64,000 nt of DNA from Utricularia gibba (Eukaryota > Plantae > Magnoliophyta): NCBI GenBank assembly GCA_002189035.1, contig NEEC01000024.1, forward strand, positions 186,001 through 250,000. The letters are read 5' to 3'. A model generated the notes under the pieces. The model saw nothing but the letters and a program-made list of their open reading frames with translations, did not search any database and was not told where the DNA came from. Position numbers and translations under genes: made by a program. Shown one piece after another: positions 60,352 to 64,000 of the stretch; the first letter of the stretch is position 1, and the number at the start of each line of letters is the position of its first letter.

Positions 60352-60658
60352 AAAACATGAAGAATAGATGAATACCTAGAGAATGAATTTCGGCAGGCTC
60401 TTACGGTGGTGAATGGCATCAAACATTAGCAAAACACAAAATACTTCGACAAACTATAAGAGAAGTTATAGTGAAAAATGACTAGGAGGTGTTTATTTAT
60501 AAAGAAACTTTCGGAAGTTGAAGTGGCGCGATGATTGGAGTGCGAAAAGTTTGGGTGGGAAAATGTGGTGATCTTTGGGAGCAAAACGTGGCAAAGGACC
60601 ATTCTAAATCGGGAGGAATCGCAAATGGCGATATCGGTATACCATGAATCAAAGGGGC

Positions 60659-61314
60659 TGAATAATGGAGCACTAAATCGATTGTGAGAGTGGAAGCCAA
60701 TGGAACACATGACTCAACAAGTGCCACGAGGAAATGAAGAAAGGAGACTCATGCACATGTGGGAAGAAGGTAGAATGCTAAATCAATTTAGGCAAAATTG
60801 GTGGGGAAAAAGCCTCATACGTGTTCTAACAGCCTGTCGTAGGCCGATACACCGATAATTGTAAGAACTAGGCTACGGTGGCCGTTTTAGAAAAGTTTGA
60901 AAAGTGGCAGAAGTACAAGAGTGTCAGAGTAGTCGACTGTTATTTATCAATAGGACCATGAGTATGGCAATCAAGCATAGAAAGTAGCCGACACCTACAG
61001 AATTCGGTCAGATCGGTTCCACCTATAAATAGAAGGAATTTTGAGGAAAAAAAGGTGGCTGAACTCTCTACTTTAGGCTTGTAACCTTTTTCCCCCATTC
61101 TTTGTTAGTGAAACTCTCCTCCAACGAGCTCCGCCAACTCTATGGTTTTTGCACTTCAACGATTTCCACATAAAAATCTCTGTCTATTTTTATCCCCTGG
61201 ACCCATATAACAATTCCCAAACCCGCAACTCATAAATTGGATTCGAATAAGTCGGTCCTGCTCACGACCTGAAATTGGTTCCCATCACAACACCGATTTT
61301 CAACCACAACAACA
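60659..61314 (+). repeat. 3' LTR of Tat/Retand-type element
   Basis: Preceded by PPT-like AAAGGGGC; homologous (roughly 75-80%) to 44280-44922; ends CAACAACA. Confidence 0.82.
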
Positions 61315-61963
61315 TCTTATGGAGAAAAAGAAAAAATTCCTTACAAGAAGAGAACTTCCAAGATCAAATCCCTTGAGTTTCCTTAAGCTTTTGTGTTCTC
61401 CTCTCAAACTTCTATAGTAAAACTATTCCCTTGTATTTGAGCACTCTTGGATTTTTATATTTTCCAATTGATCACTTTCTTGCCTCTTTGCTCACTTTTC
61501 ATTAATCTTCAATAAAACTTTAATAATGGAAATCTTTTGCAAAATTGAGTAAAATAATCAGACGCCATAATACCCACCTAGCAAAAATACCTTAAAATAG
61601 AAACCTCATTTTATAGAGCAAGAGCAATTTCATGCAACTACCCACCTCTATAAGAGAAATAAATTCCTTTTCATAGGTATAGGCTAAGGTTTTGGCTAGA
61701 TTGTGTTTAAGCAAAAGAGCCCACCATGCCTATTAATCAATGGGCACTTTGAGCCTAGATTTGTCCCTCACTATTCATAGCCTCTAAGCTACAATTTCTT
61801 TCAATTTTTTCTTGTTAGTTAAAGAAGAATGTGTGCATGCATGTGAATCTATTCTTTATTCCAACCATTACTAAGTTTTAATACCCCCAATTATATATAA
61901 TAGGGATTGGCAAATGGAATTCAGGATAAATTGTTTATTAATAACAAATAATCCAACAATATA

Positions 61964-61988
61964 TGGGCCATAAGATACCTGTGGCCCA
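61964..61988. promoter_or_regulatory. Site II (TGGGCC/GGCCCA, TCP-binding) motifs upstream of TBL gene
   Basis: TGGGCC at 61964 and GGCCCA at 61983, about 200 bp 5' of the ATG; motif match only. Confidence 0.4.
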
Positions 61989-62189
61989 GTCTGATATCGG
62001 CCCGGTTAAGGGATACCTGCTATTGGATGTGTTCCGACGAGATGTACTTTTTAGTTTGGTAGAATTCCGGAACGTTGCAGCACAAAGTTTAAACGATCTG
62101 CCCTAATCGGTGGTGTAGCACCCGTAAGAGTTGAGTTCTTGTTGATGTCAGCTTATATCAGCGTTTCCCGATTGCTCGACTGTTCATCG

Positions 62190-63619
62190 ATGGCTGGATC
62201 ACAGTGGATTAGGTTCGTACGGTCGAAGCCCTCTTATAGCGAATTGGTTAAGTTTGTCATGCTTTTGCCTGGAAATCATGGAAAGCGTTGGGTCTTTCCA
62301 TCTTTCTCTGCGTTGCTTTTGTTCGGTTTGCTAGTTTGCTTCTTTCTTGTGGTGGGGTCGAGCTTTCTTTCAATTTTTCCATACTTAGAGGGAACGCTTG
62401 ACGGGAATCGGAGCATGCATATGGTTATGAATAGTTCTCCTGTGGAAGGATGTAATGCATTTGATGGGGTTGGGTGATTGATGAAAGCTACCCTATATAC
62501 AATGCAACATTATGTCCTTTTCTTGAGAAAGGATTTGATTGTGTGGGTAATGGAAGAAGGGACAAGGACTATCTCAAGTGGCGATGGAAGCCCAAGAATT
62601 GTGAGATTCGCAAATTTGATGTCCATGCTATATTGGAGTGGCTACGCGGGAAAAGAATCGTGTTTGTGGGTGATTCGTTGAGTAGAACACAATGGGAATC
62701 ATTGCTTTGCATGCTAATGAGCGGGATACCAGACAGAAATACTGTTTATGAAATTAATGGCAATGAGATCACCAAGAAAATACGGCATTTGGCTGTTCGA
62801 TTTGAGCCACTCAATTCTACCGTTGAGTTCTATCGCTCGGTGTTCCTGGTGCAACCTGGTCAAGTTCCTAGTCATTCACCCAAAAGAGCAAAGATGGTCT
62901 TAAAGCTGGACCAAATTGACAGTATCAGTCAACAATGGATCAATTCAGATGTTCTTGTTTTTAATTCAGGGCATTGGTGGTCTTCTACCAAGCTCTTTGA
63001 AATGTAACATACTATTTCCATTAGATTCACAGAACTTAGTCGATGATTATCTAATATTCTTTTTCAGACAGGGGCTGGTACTTCCAAGTTGGTGGAAAGA
63101 TAAAGCTTGGAATGCCAATAAGTAAAGCTTTTCAGTTTGCATTGACAACATGGAAGTCTTGGATGGAGAACTCAGTCAATCGGAATAGGACACAAGTTTT
63201 CATCCGAACTTTTGAGTCTACTAGTTGGAGGTTTGTTTGGCTACAGATCCTCTACCAGTGGTTTTGCTTTGCAGCTTGTTGGCTTCTTCATAACCATTGG
63301 GGTACAAACATTTATCTGCAGTCGCGGAGGGCGTCAAAATTGCAAGGTAACCAGATATCCATCCCATAATGTTAACGCAGGTGGGGAAAAGAGCTGGATA
63401 TCTGACGCGATTGTCACAGCTGTAGCGAACTCATCATTCCCAGTGAAACTGCTTCATGTTACAAGCTTGGGCGCCTTTAGAAGCGATGCTCATGTTGGTT
63501 CGTGGAGCGATAATCCTTCAGTTCCTGACTGTAGCCACTGGTGTTTGCCTGGAGTTCCTGACACGTGGAACGAGTTGCTTTTCTCATTTCTGCTTTCACA
63601 GGATATAGGTGTTGTGTAA
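62190..63619 (+). CDS. TBL7: TRICHOME BIREFRINGENCE-LIKE (PMR5N + PC-esterase) O-acetyltransferase, TBL7 clade; 3 exons; frameshift at about 62466-62470
   Basis: Exons 62190-63003, 63072-63230, 63322-63619 with GT-AG introns; N-terminal TM helix; CNAFDG/WVIDESYPIY, CPFLEKGFDC..NGR.D..YLKWRWKP, FVGDSLSRTQWESL, DCSHWCLPGVPDTWN. Clade assignment is from recalled similarity to Arabidopsis TBL7. Confidence 0.88.
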
Positions 63620-64000
63620 CTAACAGTCGCTGTGTGGGCTGTGATTCCATTAATTTGGTCCATAACTATGTTTAGAAAATTCCTTGTATTTTAAGAATTA
63701 TATTTGCAAAATAACGATAGCAGACACAGCTGTGTATATGCATATAAGGGGTGGGTGTTTCGATTTAGGTTGAAGTTCAATTGCGGGTATAATTGAGACT
63801 GAATGAAGTTGAGTAGACATTGTAGTTGAAGTTGTAGTTGGAGATGAATATAATTTTTATAGGTAAAATACTATGTTGTTCATATTTAATTTATGCATAA
63901 TTTAATATTTTAATAAACAAATATTAATCTTTTCACGCTTTACTTTCCTGTTAGTGCAATTTGCATTGGTGATAGGTTTTTCTCGCAAACTAGGATTTTA

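Noticed and set aside
63066-63071. Upstream AG at 63066-63067 as TBL exon 2 acceptor
   Set aside because: It adds 4 nt and shifts the frame; only the AG at 63070-63071 gives MGWYFQ.
1-64000. rRNA, tRNA genes, CRISPR arrays, satellite arrays, organellar insertions
   Set aside because: None recognised; tRNA-complementary stretches are retroelement PBSs.

Overview
Plant nuclear DNA, mostly (roughly 85-90%) nested LTR-retrotransposon sequence, with two small host-gene islands; the CRM copies suggest a pericentromeric setting. Host genes: (1) a complete 12-exon YbaK/ProXp-ala (PRORSD1-like) tRNA-editing gene on the minus strand (9834-11766, 310 aa) with two apparent GC-AG introns and an Ac-type hAT MITE about 260 bp upstream; (2) a TRICHOME BIREFRINGENCE-LIKE (TBL7-clade) O-acetyltransferase gene (62190-63619) with intact GDS/DxxH motifs but a 1-nt frameshift in exon 1. 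TEs: two near-identical inverted Ty1/copia copies (A 1-5001 +, B 27181-32549 -) sharing two -1 frameshifts, a copia fragment, an Athila-like host element (about 20.7-43.8 kb) carrying Angela, CRM and copia insertions, three CRM internal copies, several solo LTRs with TSDs, Tat/Retand remnants with an antisense Transposase_28-like ORF, and a truncated Angela element. The most unusual signals are rearrangement scars: chimeric copia B (LTRs about 7% apart, no TSD, crossover mappable to its leader), a duplicated CRM-LTR plus host-flank block ending exactly at the copia B insertion base, and deletions with templated filler DNA. I found no convincing wholly new biological system. All alignments were done by eye, so percentages are approximate.
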